Notes under the pieces: generated by a model | Database searches by the model: none | The model's input: the letters and a program-made list of their open reading frames with translations, nothing else | Told to the model about the DNA's origin: nothing | Part shown: positions 62,830 through 64,000 of the stretch, piece after piece | How the letters are laid out: each line of letters starts with the position of its first letter | Numbering within the stretch: position 1 is the stretch's first letter | Position numbers and translations under genes: made by a program | Origin: Carcharhinus longimanus | Lineage: Eukaryota | Direction: 5' to 3' | Assembly: GCA_030264375.1 (NCBI GenBank) | Contig: JASCQW010000105.1 | Location: forward strand, 36,966,283-37,030,282 | Length of the DNA stretch: 64,000 nucleotides

Positions 62830-63490
62830 CAGTTCCGAGAAGATTCTCTCATTCTTGGGATGAAGGGCTTATTCTTTGAAGAAAAGTTGGGCCTATACTC
62901 ATTGGTGCTTAAAAGGATGAAAGGTGATATTGAAAAATCCTGAGAGGACTAGATAGGGTCGATACTAGGAGAACATTTCTTCTTGCAGGGGAAGGCTAGA
63001 ACTAGTGGACACATTTAAGAACATGATTTTTTTTTCTCTGTGAATTGTAAGTCCATGGAATTCTGCTCCCCAGAAAACAGAGGAACTTGTATTTATCAAG
63101 GCTAACTTAGATTGATTTTTGATGGACAAAAGAATAAAAAATTGTGGGGGCAGACAGGAAAGTGGAGTTAAGACCACAGCCAGATCAGGATCTTATTGAA
63201 TGATGGAGCAGGCTCGAATGCCTGAATGGTCTACTCCATAGTGGTCCATTACGGTGGCCATTACGGAAACATGGTTGCAGGGTGACAGGGACTGGGAGCT
63301 GAATGTCCAGGGGTATNNNNNNNNNNNNNNNNNNNNNNNNNNNNNNNNNNNNNNNNNNNNNNNNNNNNNNNNNNNNNNNNNNNNNNNNNNNNNNNNNNNN
63401 NNNNNNNNNNNNNNNNGTGTTGATGTGATCGGCGCAACTCGTGGGCCGAAGGGCCTGTTTGTGCTGTAGTGTTCTATGTTCTATGTTCTA
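62830..63490 (+). mobile_element. CR1 LINE fragments (3' end; endonuclease start AITETWLQGDRDWELNVQGY; second 3' tail after a gap)
   Basis: CR1 peptide motifs and a (tatgttc)n tail at 63470-63490. Confidence 0.75.
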
Positions 63491-64000
63491 ATTGACAAAT
63501 GAATTAAATGTTTCTGTTTGAAAAAGACATAATGACAGATTCTCAATTAATAAATTAAAAGTGGATTTGTGTAAAACCACAAACTAGACTTGAGAGGTTC
63601 AAACAAATGATCAGGATGCTGAATTGTAAGTATTTCCTTCGTCCTTCATTGACAGCATTTTTTTCAAATCTGCCTGAGGAGCATCGAATAAATGTTGAGA
63701 TAATAAAGGCCATACGATCCTAAATTACAAATGTCTCAAATTAGAACATAACTGTGTAATTCCATAATTGTTTCATTTATTTGTTGTTTTCATTCATTCT
63801 TGTTTGACTAGTTATGCACACAATATCCTGAGATTATAACAGTCTTTATAATGGCACTGTATTTTGTTATCTGTCATCATGTTTTCAGTTGTCCATTTGG
63901 TCAGGTTTCAGTTAGAATTATCAGAAAATATTTTACCTGATATTCCTGCAAAGCAGAAAGTTGACACCATGTTTACATTTATTGGCTTTGAAAGGAAACG

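Noticed and set aside
56242-64000. Next DCAF6 exon (LASSGIDYDIKIWSP...)
   Set aside because: No matching sequence was seen by eye. It presumably lies beyond the window or in a gap.

Overview
This is eukaryotic genomic DNA from a cartilaginous fish (shark-type V-SINE/HE1, Deu-SINE, CR1, L2 and Harbinger-like repeats), from a draft assembly with many N gaps. The whole window lies inside one + strand gene, DCAF6 (IQWD1/NRIP; DDB1-CUL4-associated WD40/IQ protein). Ten coding exons (4052-56241) join in frame through canonical GT-AG sites, from [27 protein letters not shown] through the IQ motif to the penultimate WD40 region. The start and stop exons lie outside the window. The introns are mostly decayed transposable elements. 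The most unusual observation is a chain of phase-compatible minus-strand exon candidates in the non-repetitive parts of the 24.7-kb intron, which may be an unannotated nested antisense gene. Also notable are splicing-regulatory features around two cassette-type exons and RTE, Helentron-like and Harbinger relics. Orthology and repeat-family calls rest on recalled sequences, not on searches, and repeat boundaries are approximate.
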